Assembly (NCBI GenBank): GCA_964443535.1
Contig: CAYUCQ010000001.1
Span: 1-58,727 of the forward strand
DNA from: Candidatus Woesearchaeota archaeon
GTDB taxonomy: Archaea; Nanobdellota; Nanobdellia; Pacearchaeales; GW2011-AR1
Reading direction: 5' to 3'
DNA: 58,727 bases
The notes below the pieces were generated by a model. That model saw only the letters and a program-made list of their open reading frames with translations, made no database searches and was not told the DNA's origin. Every line of letters begins with the position of its first letter. Position 1 is the stretch's first letter. The position numbers and the translations under genes were made by a program. This document shows, in pieces, positions 36,071 through 46,122 of the stretch.

Positions 36071-36295
36071 TCAAAATATCCAAGCAAGTATTCCTGCTAG
36101 AACAACAATAATAATCAGAACAATAATGAAAAACTTCTTTTTGCGCTCTCTTCTCTTTCTCTCATAATACTCTTCATAAGCTCCCTCAATTTCTCTTTTC
36201 TGCTCATCCCCAATCTTAGGCGCTTCGCGCTTTGAATAATCAAAACTCATTAATCCGCCTGTTTCAACTCTTTCGCTCATAGAAACGCAAAGCAC
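36071..36295 (-). CDS. small C-terminally membrane-anchored protein
   Basis: A charged N-terminal region and a C-terminal TM FFIIVLIIIVVLAGILAWIF. The likely start is the internal MSERVE. Confidence 0.4.
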   Translation of the reverse strand: MLCVSMSERVETGGLMSFDYSKREAPKIGDEQKREIEGAYEEYYERKRRERKKKFFIIVLIIIVVLAGILAWIF

Positions 36296-36330
36296 AAAAC
36301 ACTTATAAATATTTTCATATTAATAGTTAT

Positions 36331-37020
36331 ATGAAAAATCCAGTTCTCAATAGAATTTTAGGGCGCAGAGAATTTAGCTATTATCACGGCGAGAATAGCA
36401 AATCAACTCCATTTGAAGTAATATTATCAATAATAATAGCAATCTTATCTCTAATCTATCTTATTTCATTGGAAGATTTGTGGATATTAGTTTTCATAAT
36501 ACCTATCTTAACTTTGATATTTATAGTTGTAAAAATAAGGCACATAATAAAAGAAAAAGGTACTGTGCTTGAAGATTATACTATAACTGCCGTAATGATA
36601 GTCTTCCTTTTATTATATATAATTCTAAAAGGCAAAATGAACTCTGCGCTGGCAATAGTCTTCATTTTCATGCTATTTTATTCTGCAGGAATAATGATAT
36701 GGCTAAAAGCAAGAATAACTTCAAAAAAGATAACGCACTTTATAGTAAGCTACATAACAACGATAATCCTCACAGTTCTTTTATTCGCAGGAGCATATAC
36801 TTCTGGAACAGGAGCATTTTTAGAAGCAGGGCAGGTGAAAGAATTAAAATTTCGAGACGCTTTATACTTCAGCGCGATAACATTTACTACAGTAGGCTAT
36901 GGAGACATAGTCCCTTTAGACACTTACCGCTTATTCGCTGCTCTGGAAGCTATTTTAGGCATAACTATCAATACAGCACTTATAGGATACATTCTTGCGT
37001 CAGCAAAAGAAAATTCCTAA
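36331..37020 (+). CDS. potassium channel (2TM pore domain preceded by extra TM helices)
   Basis: Selectivity filter TFTTVGYGDIVP between the last two TM helices. Confidence 0.8.
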   Translation: MKNPVLNRILGRREFSYYHGENSKSTPFEVILSIIIAILSLIYLISLEDLWILVFIIPILTLIFIVVKIRHIIKEKGTVLEDYTITAVMIVFLLLYIILKGKMNSALAIVFIFMLFYSAGIMIWLKARITSKKITHFIVSYITTIILTVLLFAGAYTSGTGAFLEAGQVKELKFRDALYFSAITFTTVGYGDIVPLDTYRLFAALEAILGITINTALIGYILASAKENS

Positions 37021-37057
37021 GCGATTCTTTTTTAAACCTTCAACCATTTTTACCTAA

Positions 37058-38128
37058 ATGCAAAAGACAATCCTTTTAGCACTATCAGGAGGCGTAGATT
37101 CAAGTGTAGCTGCGCTGCTCTTGAAAAAGCAGGGCTATAATGTTATCGCTGTATTCATGAAAAACTTCTCAGATACAAAAAACCCTTTGACAATGGAATG
37201 CAATTATGTTGAAGAGAAAAAAATGGCGCAAAAAATGGCTGCAATTTTAAACATTCCATTGATAATCATGGATTTAGAAAAAGAATACAAAAGAGATATA
37301 ATAAAATTAATGTACAATTCTTATTCAAAAGGGCTAACTCCAAATCCAGATATTTTATGCAATAAAATAATAAAATTTCCTTTTCTCTGGAAAAAAGCAA
37401 AATCATTGAAAGCAGACTTCATAGCAACAGGCCATTATGCAAGAATTAAAAAAACAAAATTAAGCTATGAGTTATTAGAAGGCAAGGACAAAACAAAAGA
37501 CCAATCTTACTTTCTCTCGCAGCTAACTCAAGATGACCTTTCACACACGATATTTCCTCTAGGCGAGCTAAAAAAATCAGAAGTCAGAAAAATCGCAAAA
37601 GAAAACAAATTCCCAAATCACAGCAAGAAATCAACAAGTGGAATTTGTTTCATAGGCAAAGTAAATATGAAATCATTTTTAGAAAAGAAAATAAAAAACA
37701 AGAAGGGAGCAATTTTAGACGAAAATAACAATCTAATAGGACGTCATCCTGGAATTATGTATTATACAATTGGGCAAAGAATAGGAAACAGAATAGGCAT
37801 GGAAATAACTAATAAAATAAATAAAAAGCTATACGTAGCAGAAAAAAAGAAGCCAAATACAATTATAGCAGTTCCAAAAGACAGCCCGCTTTTAAAAAAG
37901 CAAATAATAAAGATAAAAAAACTGCACTTAATCAATCCAAAAGAAGCAATTTCAAAAAATCTAGAAGCAAGAATAAGGCATTTAGGCATTTCATACAAAG
38001 GCAGCCTAATAAAAAAAGACAAAAACTATTACTTCAAATTCACTAAGCCAGTGGAAGCAATAGCAGAAGGGCAATTTCTAGTAATTTACGAGAAAGAAAA
38101 GCTCATTGGAAGCGGGGAAATTAGATGA
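37058..38128 (+). CDS. mnmA: tRNA-specific 2-thiouridylase MnmA
   Basis: PP-loop ALSGGVDSSVAA, NPDILCN, ATGHYAR, DQSYFL and SxGICF motifs. Confidence 0.9.
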   Translation: MQKTILLALSGGVDSSVAALLLKKQGYNVIAVFMKNFSDTKNPLTMECNYVEEKKMAQKMAAILNIPLIIMDLEKEYKRDIIKLMYNSYSKGLTPNPDILCNKIIKFPFLWKKAKSLKADFIATGHYARIKKTKLSYELLEGKDKTKDQSYFLSQLTQDDLSHTIFPLGELKKSEVRKIAKENKFPNHSKKSTSGICFIGKVNMKSFLEKKIKNKKGAILDENNNLIGRHPGIMYYTIGQRIGNRIGMEITNKINKKLYVAEKKKPNTIIAVPKDSPLLKKQIIKIKKLHLINPKEAISKNLEARIRHLGISYKGSLIKKDKNYYFKFTKPVEAIAEGQFLVIYEKEKLIGSGEIR

Positions 38129-38129
38129 T

Positions 38130-38204
38130 CAAAAAAACTTTGAATCTTTTCGTTAGTTTTTTGGATGTCCAAGATTGCATTCGTGTATCAGCAATCTTGA
38201 CATA
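38130..38204 (+). repeat. 75-nt intergenic repeat, copy B (see 1851..1925)
   Basis: Starts 2 nt after the mnmA stop. 65/75 identical to copy A, with the same two hairpins. Confidence 0.8.
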
Positions 38205-38241
38205 ACAAAACATTCTTATATTCTCCAAGCCTAACCTATAA

Positions 38242-38823
38242 ATGGAATTTGACTCTGTAATAAGAAAAAGAAAATCAGTAAGATCTTTCTTATCAAAAAG
38301 ACCAAGCTGGAAGGCAATTCTTGACGCAGTTGAATCTGCAAATCAATGCTCTTTCGCAGGAAACAATAACAACTTAAAATTCTTAGTCATAGAAGAAAAA
38401 GAGAAAATAAATAAAATATCAAAGATTGCAGAGCAAGCATGGATTAGCGAATCTTCTATTTTAGTTCTTGTCTGCTCTGATGAAACAAATCTGGAAAACA
38501 TTTACGGCGAGCGAGGCCGAGTCTATTCAAGACAGCAGGCAGGCGCAGCTATTCAAACATTCCTATTAAAGATAGTTGACTTAGGGCTTTCAGCCTGCTG
38601 GGTAGGCGCTTACAGCGATGAAATACTTAAAGAAGTCTTAGAAATACCGCAGCACATTCAAATTGAGGCAATTATTCCAGTTGGCTATGAAAATAAAAAA
38701 GCAATCGCAGGAAAAACAAGAAAAAAAGAATTGGAAAACGCAGTTTACTGGGAAAAATGGGAAAATGATAAAAAACCCTCTTTATTCAAAGAGCCTAAAG
38801 ATCAAGATGCACTTGTAAAATAA
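38242..38823 (+). CDS. nitroreductase-family flavoprotein
   Basis: IRKRKSVRSF, QAGAAIQTFLL and the ACWVGAY motif, typical of the NADH oxidase/nitroreductase fold. Confidence 0.75.
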   Translation: MEFDSVIRKRKSVRSFLSKRPSWKAILDAVESANQCSFAGNNNNLKFLVIEEKEKINKISKIAEQAWISESSILVLVCSDETNLENIYGERGRVYSRQQAGAAIQTFLLKIVDLGLSACWVGAYSDEILKEVLEIPQHIQIEAIIPVGYENKKAIAGKTRKKELENAVYWEKWENDKKPSLFKEPKDQDALVK

Positions 38824-38834
38824 AAACTATACTT

Positions 38835-39188
38835 TCATCTTTCAAGCACAATTTCTTCTTTCTCAACTGTCTTATGTCCTAAATCTATCGTAAGAGGTAT
38901 AGAAATATCTCTCTCGCTACCAGCAAATTTTATATTAAGTAAAATATAAACATAATTTGGCTTATATAATACTGATAAAGAAGCCTTTTCCACTTTTTCA
39001 AGCATTTTACTTTCAATTCTTAGATTTACACTAGCATTAAGAATTTCCAACCCGCTTATATAGCCTCTGCTATCAACATCTATAATAAAATCTCCTATTT
39101 CTATTGAAGCCTGCGAAGGCTTTCCTCTCCAAAAAGAGAGTATATCTTCGCTCTCCTCGTATCTTATTTCTGCATTGCCTTTTGCCAT
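38835..39188 (-). CDS. DUF2283-family protein (antitoxin-like partner)
   Basis: EIRYEESEDILSFW......IDVDSRGYISGLEILNAS is a typical DUF2283 pattern. Confidence 0.55.
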   Translation of the reverse strand: MAKGNAEIRYEESEDILSFWRGKPSQASIEIGDFIIDVDSRGYISGLEILNASVNLRIESKMLEKVEKASLSVLYKPNYVYILLNIKFAGSERDISIPLTIDLGHKTVEKEEIVLER

Positions 39189-39481
39189 TTTCTATTCGTC
39201 TTCCAAGCCGTTATTATATTTAAATGTTCCTTATCTATCTCCATTACAACAACCAAAGTATATTTACCGCTCAATTCAATACCAATTCTATATCTAATTA
39301 CGCCTTTAATATTTTCTTCTTGCAATCCGAGATAATTCTCATATTTATTCAAAGTATTTTTTATCAATTCTTCACTCAAATAAGGTCGTTCCTTAAATTT
39401 AGAATAAAAATATGGGATAAAATTAATATTATCGATTCTTCTCCTAATTGCTTCCTTTATATTTTCTAATGTTTCTATCAT
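39164..39481 (-). CDS. DUF4258-like small protein (toxin-like partner of DUF2283)
   Basis: 105 aa, overlaps the downstream DUF2283 gene. The ...LVVVMEIDKEHLNIITAWK tail resembles DUF4258. Confidence 0.4.
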   Translation of the reverse strand: MIETLENIKEAIRRRIDNINFIPYFYSKFKERPYLSEELIKNTLNKYENYLGLQEENIKGVIRYRIGIELSGKYTLVVVMEIDKEHLNIITAWKTNRKWQKAMQK

Positions 39482-39524
39482 ACAAATTAATACTTGACAT
39501 TATATAAAAATTCTTCTTAAACCT

Positions 39525-39556
39525 AAACAAAAAATAAAAAAAGGGGAAAAATCCCC
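39525..39556 (-). terminator. hairpin (GGGGA-TTT-TCCCC) followed by a T-run downstream of ftsZ
   Basis: The minus strand reads GGGGATTTTTCCCCTTTTTTTATTTTTTGTTT, beginning 11 nt after the ftsZ stop. Confidence 0.5.
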
Positions 39557-39567
39557 AACAAAATCTT

Positions 39568-40647
39568 TTAATTATAAAATTCAATTCCTAAATCAGACAT
39601 TTGAGGCTTTGTAGAAACCTGTCTTTCTTCCATGCGCCTTCCAGTTATATATGGAGACTTAACTCCAGTCATTATTGTAATAACTCTTACTCTATTAGCA
39701 AAATCTCTGTTGACTCTTGCTCCGATAATAACTTGTGCGTCTGGACTTATATTCTCTGTGACAAGCTCTCCTACTCCTGCAAATTCTTCAAGCTTAAAGT
39801 CTGGTCCGCAAGTAATATGAATTAATGCTCCTGTAGCGCCTTTGTAGTCTACATCTAGAAGTGGATGTGTTAATGCCTGCCTGACAGCTTCGTCAACTCT
39901 TGCCGTAGTGTCGCTTTCTCCAACTCCAATAACTGCAACTTCGCCGTTCTTCATGATTGCAGAAACATCCGCATAGTCCAAATTAATCAATGAAGGCAAG
40001 GTAATTGTTTCCACAATTCCTTTAATCATTGTACTTTGTAACTCGTTTGCAACTGCAAAAGCCTGCTCCATAGGTAAATTTCCAGCAATGTCAACCAGCC
40101 TATTATTATCAATAAGAATAGCTGTATCAACAACTTCTGTCAATTCTTGCAGGCCGAATTCTGCCTTCTCATGTCTTGCTTTCTCGCAGTCAAATGGCAT
40201 GGTCGCAACAGCGATAACAACAGCCCCTGATTCCTTTGCTAATTGCGCAATAACAGGCGCTGCTCCAGTTCCAGTGCCTCCGCCGAGTCCGACATTAATA
40301 AATACCATGTCAGCTCCGCTTGCAGCTCTCTTCAATTCAGAAAGAGACTCTTTAGCAGCTTCTCTTCCCCTCTGTGGATATCCTCCGCAGCCAAGACCTC
40401 TTGTTAATTCCTTGCCGATAAGAATTTTGTCGTCAGCTTTCGTAATGCTCAAGTGCAAAGCATCTGTATTGACGCCGTAAATTGTTGCTCCATTGATTCC
40501 TTTATTGAACAGCCAAGTTATAGCATTGCATCCAGCGCCTCCAACACCAAAAACTTTTATGTTGGCCTTGCCAGCTCGCAATTCATCAAAATTAATGCTG
40601 TGACTTTGGGCATTTTCTAAAGCCTCTTTTGCAAAATCTAATACCAT
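39568..40647 (-). CDS. ftsZ: cell division protein FtsZ
   Basis: GVGGAGCNAI and the tubulin signature GLGGGTGTGAAPVIA. Confidence 0.95.
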   Translation of the reverse strand: MVLDFAKEALENAQSHSINFDELRAGKANIKVFGVGGAGCNAITWLFNKGINGATIYGVNTDALHLSITKADDKILIGKELTRGLGCGGYPQRGREAAKESLSELKRAASGADMVFINVGLGGGTGTGAAPVIAQLAKESGAVVIAVATMPFDCEKARHEKAEFGLQELTEVVDTAILIDNNRLVDIAGNLPMEQAFAVANELQSTMIKGIVETITLPSLINLDYADVSAIMKNGEVAVIGVGESDTTARVDEAVRQALTHPLLDVDYKGATGALIHITCGPDFKLEEFAGVGELVTENISPDAQVIIGARVNRDFANRVRVITIMTGVKSPYITGRRMEERQVSTKPQMSDLGIEFYN

Positions 40648-40805
40648 TTCATAACCCTCCTTTCAATTTTTAATGAGAACATAAAAAAATATAGATGGAA
40701 ACACTTTAAATATTTGACTATAATGAAATATATTTATTAGCAATGACAAAAAAATTTAAAAAAGCCATTTGTAATGAAACAATGGTAACTAAATCTCAAA
40801 GAAAA

Positions 40806-41489
40806 TCATAATTTCTCAAGCATTTTTGCATTTATTCCATTTTCTTCGCACAATTTCAAAAAACTTTTTGCGTCATCAATAGTTCCAGCAACTCCGGCGC
40901 CATAATGCATTGGAATTGCCAAAGAAGGATTTATCAGGCTTGCTGCTTCGGCAGCTTCTTCTGCGCTCATCACATACTTTCCAGAAACAGGAAGCAGTGC
41001 AACAAAATCCTTGCCAAGTTTTCCATATCCTGTTAAATTTATCATCTCTGGAATTTTATCAGTATCTCCAGCATGATAAATAACTGCATCATTAAGTTTT
41101 ACTAAATATCCAAGCCATCCTTCTTTCTTCGGATGAAATTCCTTGCCAATATTGTAAGCAGGTATTGCTTCTACACGAACGTCGTCAAATTCAAGCTCTT
41201 CTCCTGCTTCTATGATTTGCATTTCAACATTGTCTATTTTTGTAATTTTGCTTTGAGAGTCCGCAGAAACAACAATAATAGTTCCTTCTTTTGCCAATTT
41301 AGTAATATCTTTTATGCTGCAATGATCATAATGGCTGTGCGTTATAAGAATAAAATCAACTTTGCCAGCTCTTTCAGAAACATTGTAAGGGTCAATTGCA
41401 ATTCTCTTCTTTGCATTGCTGATTATGAAGCCTGAATGCCCCAAAAACTCAATCTTTAACTCTCCAATTTCCATATAAGAACGTCCCAA
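40806..41489 (-). CDS. metallo-beta-lactamase fold hydrolase
   Basis: ILITHSHYDH motif, with downstream H and D ligands. Confidence 0.8.
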   Translation of the reverse strand: MGRSYMEIGELKIEFLGHSGFIISNAKKRIAIDPYNVSERAGKVDFILITHSHYDHCSIKDITKLAKEGTIIVVSADSQSKITKIDNVEMQIIEAGEELEFDDVRVEAIPAYNIGKEFHPKKEGWLGYLVKLNDAVIYHAGDTDKIPEMINLTGYGKLGKDFVALLPVSGKYVMSAEEAAEAASLINPSLAIPMHYGAGVAGTIDDAKSFLKLCEENGINAKMLEKL

Positions 41490-41498
41490 ATGAATTTT

Positions 41499-42800
41499 TT
41501 AAATATTTAGTTTCTCAATCTCTCTCGCAATAGAAAGCATTTTCGCCTCTTCTCCTTTGGCGCACATTATCTGCATTCCAACAGGAATTTCACTAACTCT
41601 CCCAGCAGGAATTGAAACTGCGCAAATTTCTGCCAGGTTCGCAGGAATAGTCAAAGCATCAGCAGCATAAACATCTTCTAATTTCATCTTCTTTCCTTCT
41701 CCAATTTTCCAAGGCAAAAAAGGAAGAGTTGGCATGATAAGGCAGTCAACTTTCTTCAAAATTTCAGAAAATTCTTCCTTGATAACTTCCTTGACTTCCA
41801 AAGCTTTTCTGTAATAAGCTCCTTTGAATTCTGCCTTAGTTATCTCACTTCCGCCTAAAATTCTTCTAAGAACTTCCTGTCCGCAATTATCTTCTATTTT
41901 TTTGCCATACTTCCGCCCATCAAATCTTCTTGTTGCAGAAAAAAACTCTGCATAAACTAAAGGATAATAAGTCTGCACAGCTAAATCAATATGCTTGACA
42001 TCAAATTCTTTTATATCAAACTTAAGCTCATTCTTAATTTCGCTAACTCTTTTTTCAATCAACACTCGCAAATTTTTATCAATATTCTTTAAATTAATAA
42101 TTCCAACTTTAGCCTTCTTTGAATCTTTTAATTCAATTTTCTTGGATTCAAAGGTTGTTGTATCTTTTTCGTCTTTTCCTCTGATAACGTCTAAAATTAA
42201 GCTCGCATCACTAACATTTTTTGCAATTGGCCCAATTTGATCCAAGCTCATGCTCAAATCAATCAGTCCGTAGCGGGAAACTAATCCATATGAGGGCTTT
42301 ATTCCTACAACTCCACAGCAAGAAGCAGGGCTTCTTATGCTTCCGCCTGTATCACTTCCTAAAGCTGCATCGCAAAAACCTGCTGCAACAGCAGCAGCAC
42401 TTCCACTGCTTGAGCCCCCACTAATTCGTCCAAAAGCCGCTGGATTTTGCGTAGCTCCAAAAGCACTATTTTCTCCGCTTGAGCCAGCTGCAAACTCATC
42501 CATGTTCGTCATTCCAATTATAATTCCATCTTCAGCCTTAATCCTAGAAATAACACTCGCGTCATAGGGCGCGCGATAATTTTCAAGAACTTTTGAAGCG
42601 CAATTGCAAATCATTCCTTTTACATTAATATTGCTCTTTACTGCAATTACATATCCATAAAGCCTGCCTTTTCCAGCTTTTTTGTCAAGCGCCCGCGCAT
42701 CATTCAAGGCATTTTCATTTAAATGCAAAAAAGCATTTACCTTCTTGTCTTCCCTTTTTATCTTATCCAAATATGCCTTGACCTTGTCTTCAACTCTCAT
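41499..42800 (-). CDS. gatA: amidase-family Glu/Asp-tRNA amidotransferase subunit A
   Basis: Amidase signature GGSSSGSAAAVAAG...GSDTGGSIRSPAS. ATG at 42800 (MRVEDKVKAYL) is preferred over the long ORF-track extension. Confidence 0.85.
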   Translation of the reverse strand: MRVEDKVKAYLDKIKREDKKVNAFLHLNENALNDARALDKKAGKGRLYGYVIAVKSNINVKGMICNCASKVLENYRAPYDASVISRIKAEDGIIIGMTNMDEFAAGSSGENSAFGATQNPAAFGRISGGSSSGSAAAVAAGFCDAALGSDTGGSIRSPASCCGVVGIKPSYGLVSRYGLIDLSMSLDQIGPIAKNVSDASLILDVIRGKDEKDTTTFESKKIELKDSKKAKVGIINLKNIDKNLRVLIEKRVSEIKNELKFDIKEFDVKHIDLAVQTYYPLVYAEFFSATRRFDGRKYGKKIEDNCGQEVLRRILGGSEITKAEFKGAYYRKALEVKEVIKEEFSEILKKVDCLIMPTLPFLPWKIGEGKKMKLEDVYAADALTIPANLAEICAVSIPAGRVSEIPVGMQIMCAKGEEAKMLSIAREIEKLNI

Positions 42801-42849
42801 ATAAAGCAAAGAAAATGCAGATTTATTAACTTTTACTATAACAAAAGAT

Positions 42850-43062
42850 TTGGAAGAATTAATTGGTTCAGAAAATATAGGTCTCGGAGAATCTAAAAAG
42901 ATAAGCAAAAAAAGAAAAGAAAGTGTAGAAGTAAAGCATTATGACCCTTTCTTCAAAAAACTGAAAATAGCTGCTTACAAAGGAGATATTAGTCAATATT
43001 TTTACCTAAAAGTCTATCCTGAAAAAAGAGAATACATTGAATCTATGCTAAAAGAGATTTAA
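42850..43062 (+). CDS. possible small hypothetical protein
   Basis: 70-aa TTG-initiated ORF in the gatA / VOC gap. No motif. Confidence 0.25.
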   Translation: MEELIGSENIGLGESKKISKKRKESVEVKHYDPFFKKLKIAAYKGDISQYFYLKVYPEKREYIESMLKEI

Positions 43063-43076
43063 CTAATTATTAATCA

Positions 43077-43460
43077 CTATTTCTTAGAATATTCCCAAAT
43101 CCCAATAATATTTCCCTCTGTGTCAAAAATCTGCGCATAAAATCCCCTATCTCCAACAACCCTCTTCTCCATTGCAACTTTGCCCCCAGCTTTCTTGGCT
43201 TTCTTTATGTAATCATCAACATTCGCAACTTCTATAACAATTACAGGATAATCGGCAGAAGTTCCGCCTCTCTTGTACATTCCGCCATTAATAGCCCCTG
43301 CCTCTTTAGGCATTTGCTTGTCATCTACATCCACAGTGCGGACAAAATGATAATTCATCTCAGGAATAAAATTCATGCCCCATCCAAAAACCTTGCTATA
43401 AAATGCCTCTGCTCTCTTGGCATCATCAAAAGGAATCTCAAAATGTGCTACTTTATCCAT
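43077..43460 (-). CDS. glyoxalase/bleomycin-resistance (VOC) family protein
   Basis: VAHFEIPFDDAKRAEAFYSKVFGW...FDTEGNIIGIWE is a typical VOC fold. Confidence 0.8.
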   Translation of the reverse strand: MDKVAHFEIPFDDAKRAEAFYSKVFGWGMNFIPEMNYHFVRTVDVDDKQMPKEAGAINGGMYKRGGTSADYPVIVIEVANVDDYIKKAKKAGGKVAMEKRVVGDRGFYAQIFDTEGNIIGIWEYSKK

Positions 43461-43462
43461 GT

Positions 43463-43891
43463 CTAAATTTCTGCTCGTGATTTTTTATATGAGTCTATAT
43501 AAGAGACATCTCCAGAAATATCAAAATTAGTGCCGCCATATGAAAATCTGACTCTATCTTGCACAAAAGTGCCGCCATATGCTTGCCTCCTAGAGTCAAT
43601 GTCCTCATCTATTTCAAAATGAATGCCCTTCTTTTTACCCAACTCGTCAATAGCCTCTAAAAGACTAAATCTTGAGCCGCTATCAGTTATTAATAAATCA
43701 ATATCATCATAACTTTTATCAGAATCTTTAATTAAAGAGCCTCCACGAACAGAAACTCTTTGAATTCCATTATCTCTTAAAGCGCATAAAACATCAGTCA
43801 AATTCCTTCTATCTCTGCCTTTAAGTCTAGCAAAATATTCCCTATTATTACGCCCTGTACCGAGTCTTAAACTACTATTTGCTCTTTCCAT
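43463..43891 (-). CDS. minimal nucleotidyltransferase-fold protein
   Basis: VRGGSLIK....DDIDLLI (G-S ... D-x-D) pattern. Confidence 0.4.
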   Translation of the reverse strand: MERANSSLRLGTGRNNREYFARLKGRDRRNLTDVLCALRDNGIQRVSVRGGSLIKDSDKSYDDIDLLITDSGSRFSLLEAIDELGKKKGIHFEIDEDIDSRRQAYGGTFVQDRVRFSYGGTNFDISGDVSYIDSYKKSRAEI

Positions 43892-43961
43892 AGAAATTAC
43901 AAAAATCAGCCTTATTTAAACATTGCCACAATATTTATATAGTATATAGTTATATAATTAT

Positions 43962-44192
43962 ATGGTAACAACAATACAAATTAACGAGCAGACCCTAGGT
44001 CTTCTAAAAAGAATAAAAGAGGAAACAAAGGCAAAATCCTATGACGAAGCGATAAATAAAATAGTTATAAATAGTGCAAAAGAAAAATATAAGTCAATAG
44101 GCGGCTCTCTAAAAAAGTATTATAAAAATAAATCTCTAAAAGAAATACTGGACGAATTACAAAAAGAGAGGCGTGAAAATGATAAATTCTAA
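43962..44192 (+). CDS. VapB-like antitoxin
   Basis: MVTTIQINEQTLGLLKRIKEE. Overlaps the downstream PIN gene. N-terminus is paralogous to 49008..49238. Confidence 0.55.
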   Translation: MVTTIQINEQTLGLLKRIKEETKAKSYDEAINKIVINSAKEKYKSIGGSLKKYYKNKSLKEILDELQKERRENDKF

Positions 44193-44547
44193 GCTTCTTG
44201 ATTCTTCTATATGGATTAGTTTTATAATAGATAATAAAAATTCAGAGATAATAGAATCTGATCAATTACTGCTATTATCTTCATTATCTATATTTGAAAT
44301 AAAAAGAAAATTAATTAAAGATAAAGTAAAAAATGGAGATATAGAAAGAATAATTGCGTTCATAAAAAAAAGAAGTTCCATAATTAATGTTGACGAAAAA
44401 ATAGCAGAAAAAGCAGCAGAAATATCATCAGAAAAAAATCTTCCTGCAATTGATGCTCTAATTTATAGTACTGCTTTATCTAATAATTTAGAGCTAATAA
44501 CATTAGACAACGATTTTAGAAGCCTTCCAAATGCGAATGTAATCTAA
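44173..44547 (+). CDS. vapC: PIN-domain toxin (VapC-like)
   Basis: LLDSSIWISFI, E in SIFEIKRKL, AIDALIYSTA and ITLDNDF acidic residues. Confidence 0.7.
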   Translation: MKMINSKLLDSSIWISFIIDNKNSEIIESDQLLLLSSLSIFEIKRKLIKDKVKNGDIERIIAFIKKRSSIINVDEKIAEKAAEISSEKNLPAIDALIYSTALSNNLELITLDNDFRSLPNANVI

Positions 44548-44548
44548 C

Positions 44549-44962
44549 TTACCACTCAACTCTTTCCAAAGACCTTCTAACATAAACAATTTCCTGCAAT
44601 TCATAAAATTCCATGCTTGTTTCAGCTTGGTCAGAGAAATATCTTAGCTGATAATCCTTATCTGTCTTAGGATTAAAAATCTCTATTGTCATCTCTTTTG
44701 TCCTGCCGTGATCTATCAAGATATAATGCGCATCAATCTCATATTGCACGCCGTCTACTTTGACTTTATCTCCTTTCTTAAGCTGGGATATTGGCTTGCT
44801 TCCCTTAATAGCTATCCTGTTCACAACTTCATCATTGCTAATATTGCTTATTACAGAGCCTAATTTCTTGACATCTTCTTCAGCATCTTCAATATCTTCC
44901 CCAAGCTCTTTCTCGCTTTCTTCAACTTCTTTCTTCTTAGTTTTATTAGCCTTTTTTACCAT
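44549..44962 (-). CDS. hypothetical protein with acidic/basic N-terminal tail
   Basis: 137-aa ORF overlapping the upstream GatC-like gene by 7 nt. Confidence 0.4.
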   Translation of the reverse strand: MVKKANKTKKKEVEESEKELGEDIEDAEEDVKKLGSVISNISNDEVVNRIAIKGSKPISQLKKGDKVKVDGVQYEIDAHYILIDHGRTKEMTIEIFNPKTDKDYQLRYFSDQAETSMEFYELQEIVYVRRSLERVEW

Positions 44963-45192
44963 TTTTTCTTTTCTGCAACTATGCAGTCCCCTTCTTTGTC
45001 TGGCGCATTATCAAGCATGATTTTCCTAAACTCTTCATCATGCCCATGCCCGCTGCCCTCATTTCTATACCCTCCAGCATCCTTTTTAATCTTTTCTTTT
45101 TTGACCTTAACTTTCTCAAGCGCAGATGCAAAATTATCAAGAATCTTCTTCGCCTCCCGCCTTATCTCATTCCTTTCTTTCTCGTTTATCAT
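44956..45192 (-). CDS. GatC-like small protein (amidotransferase subunit C candidate)
   Basis: 78 aa. AKKILDNFASALEKV and the C-terminal FRKIMLDNAPDKEGDCIVAEK resemble the GatC pattern (..l.nAP..e.g.f.vP). Confidence 0.4.
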   Translation of the reverse strand: MINEKERNEIRREAKKILDNFASALEKVKVKKEKIKKDAGGYRNEGSGHGHDEEFRKIMLDNAPDKEGDCIVAEKKKW

Positions 45193-45222
45193 GAATTTAA
45201 AAGATAAAATCTATTTATAAAG

Positions 45223-45693
45223 TTATTTTCTGCTCTTCTCTCCAACTTTTTCTTCTGTATACTGCTTTAAAAATCTTATTATTTCTTCTTTAAATTTATC
45301 AAAATCATCCAATTCACCAATATTTTCAAAAACCCTTTCGTTATCAACTTTACCATATTTATGTACCAAAATATTTCTAAACCCCTTCATTTCAATCAAT
45401 ATATTCTTCATCCCCATAGATATTACTTTTTTATCTCTTAATTTATCAAATATTATGTCTTCATCGGAAGGTATCCCTAATTTTAAACCTGATATTATAA
45501 TGTTGCATATATCTATAACATTCTCTATTGAGATTTGCAATAATCTTTCACACGCTCTTTTCTTCTCAATAGAACCATTATATTCATCCAAATCCATTGG
45601 TTTTATTTTCTCTAATTCTTCTATATAATCATCTAACTCATCTAATTTAGAGAAGATTTTTTCCTTATCCAAATTTTTATTTCTCATTTTCAA
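45223..45693 (-). CDS. hepT: HEPN-domain toxin (HepT/DUF86)
   Basis: The R-x4-H motif context FRNILVHKYGKVD in a DUF86-sized protein. Overlaps the upstream MNT gene. Confidence 0.75.
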   Translation of the reverse strand: MKMRNKNLDKEKIFSKLDELDDYIEELEKIKPMDLDEYNGSIEKKRACERLLQISIENVIDICNIIISGLKLGIPSDEDIIFDKLRDKKVISMGMKNILIEMKGFRNILVHKYGKVDNERVFENIGELDDFDKFKEEIIRFLKQYTEEKVGEKSRK

Positions 45694-46105
45694 TTGCTTC
45701 CAAATACATTTTATACCCTTTCTCGTATAAATTAAACTCTTTTATAGTAAAAAAAGCAATTTCATACAAAAGTGGCTCATCTTTGCACAATATAATTTTT
45801 CCATCTTTTAGCACTCTCTTTCTAATATAAAGCGGAAGCTGTTGGAAAATATTCAAATCATATTTATCAGAGAGCAGGGATGAATATTTTATTCTCTTCT
45901 TAGACATCTCCAGATTAAGATATTTCTTGTCCAAGACAACGCAGATATCAATGTCTCTATGTTCTTCCCCCCTAGCATAGGAGCCAAAAACAAGCACGGC
46001 TATAACTTCTTTATCTTTCTCAAATTTATCCAAAATTTTTTTATTCAATATCCCCATATTTTTTAAAGAAAAAGCAAGTTTATTAGTCTTTTGATTATAA
46101 AACAA
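45677..46105 (-). CDS. mntA: minimal nucleotidyltransferase antitoxin (MntA)
   Basis: VLVFGSYARGEEHRDIDICVV (GS-x10-DxD). Confidence 0.8.
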   Translation of the reverse strand: MFYNQKTNKLAFSLKNMGILNKKILDKFEKDKEVIAVLVFGSYARGEEHRDIDICVVLDKKYLNLEMSKKRIKYSSLLSDKYDLNIFQQLPLYIRKRVLKDGKIILCKDEPLLYEIAFFTIKEFNLYEKGYKMYLEAIENEK

Positions 46106-46122
46106 TAAAAATTTATATGAAA

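Noticed and set aside
35979-36167. 62-aa plus-strand ORF
   Set aside because: It begins inside tRNA-Asn and runs antisense to the small membrane protein gene, so it is spurious.
36699-37079. 126-aa alternate-frame ORF within the K+ channel gene
   Set aside because: The channel frame contains the TVGYGD filter and TM helices. The alternate frame is basic and low-complexity.
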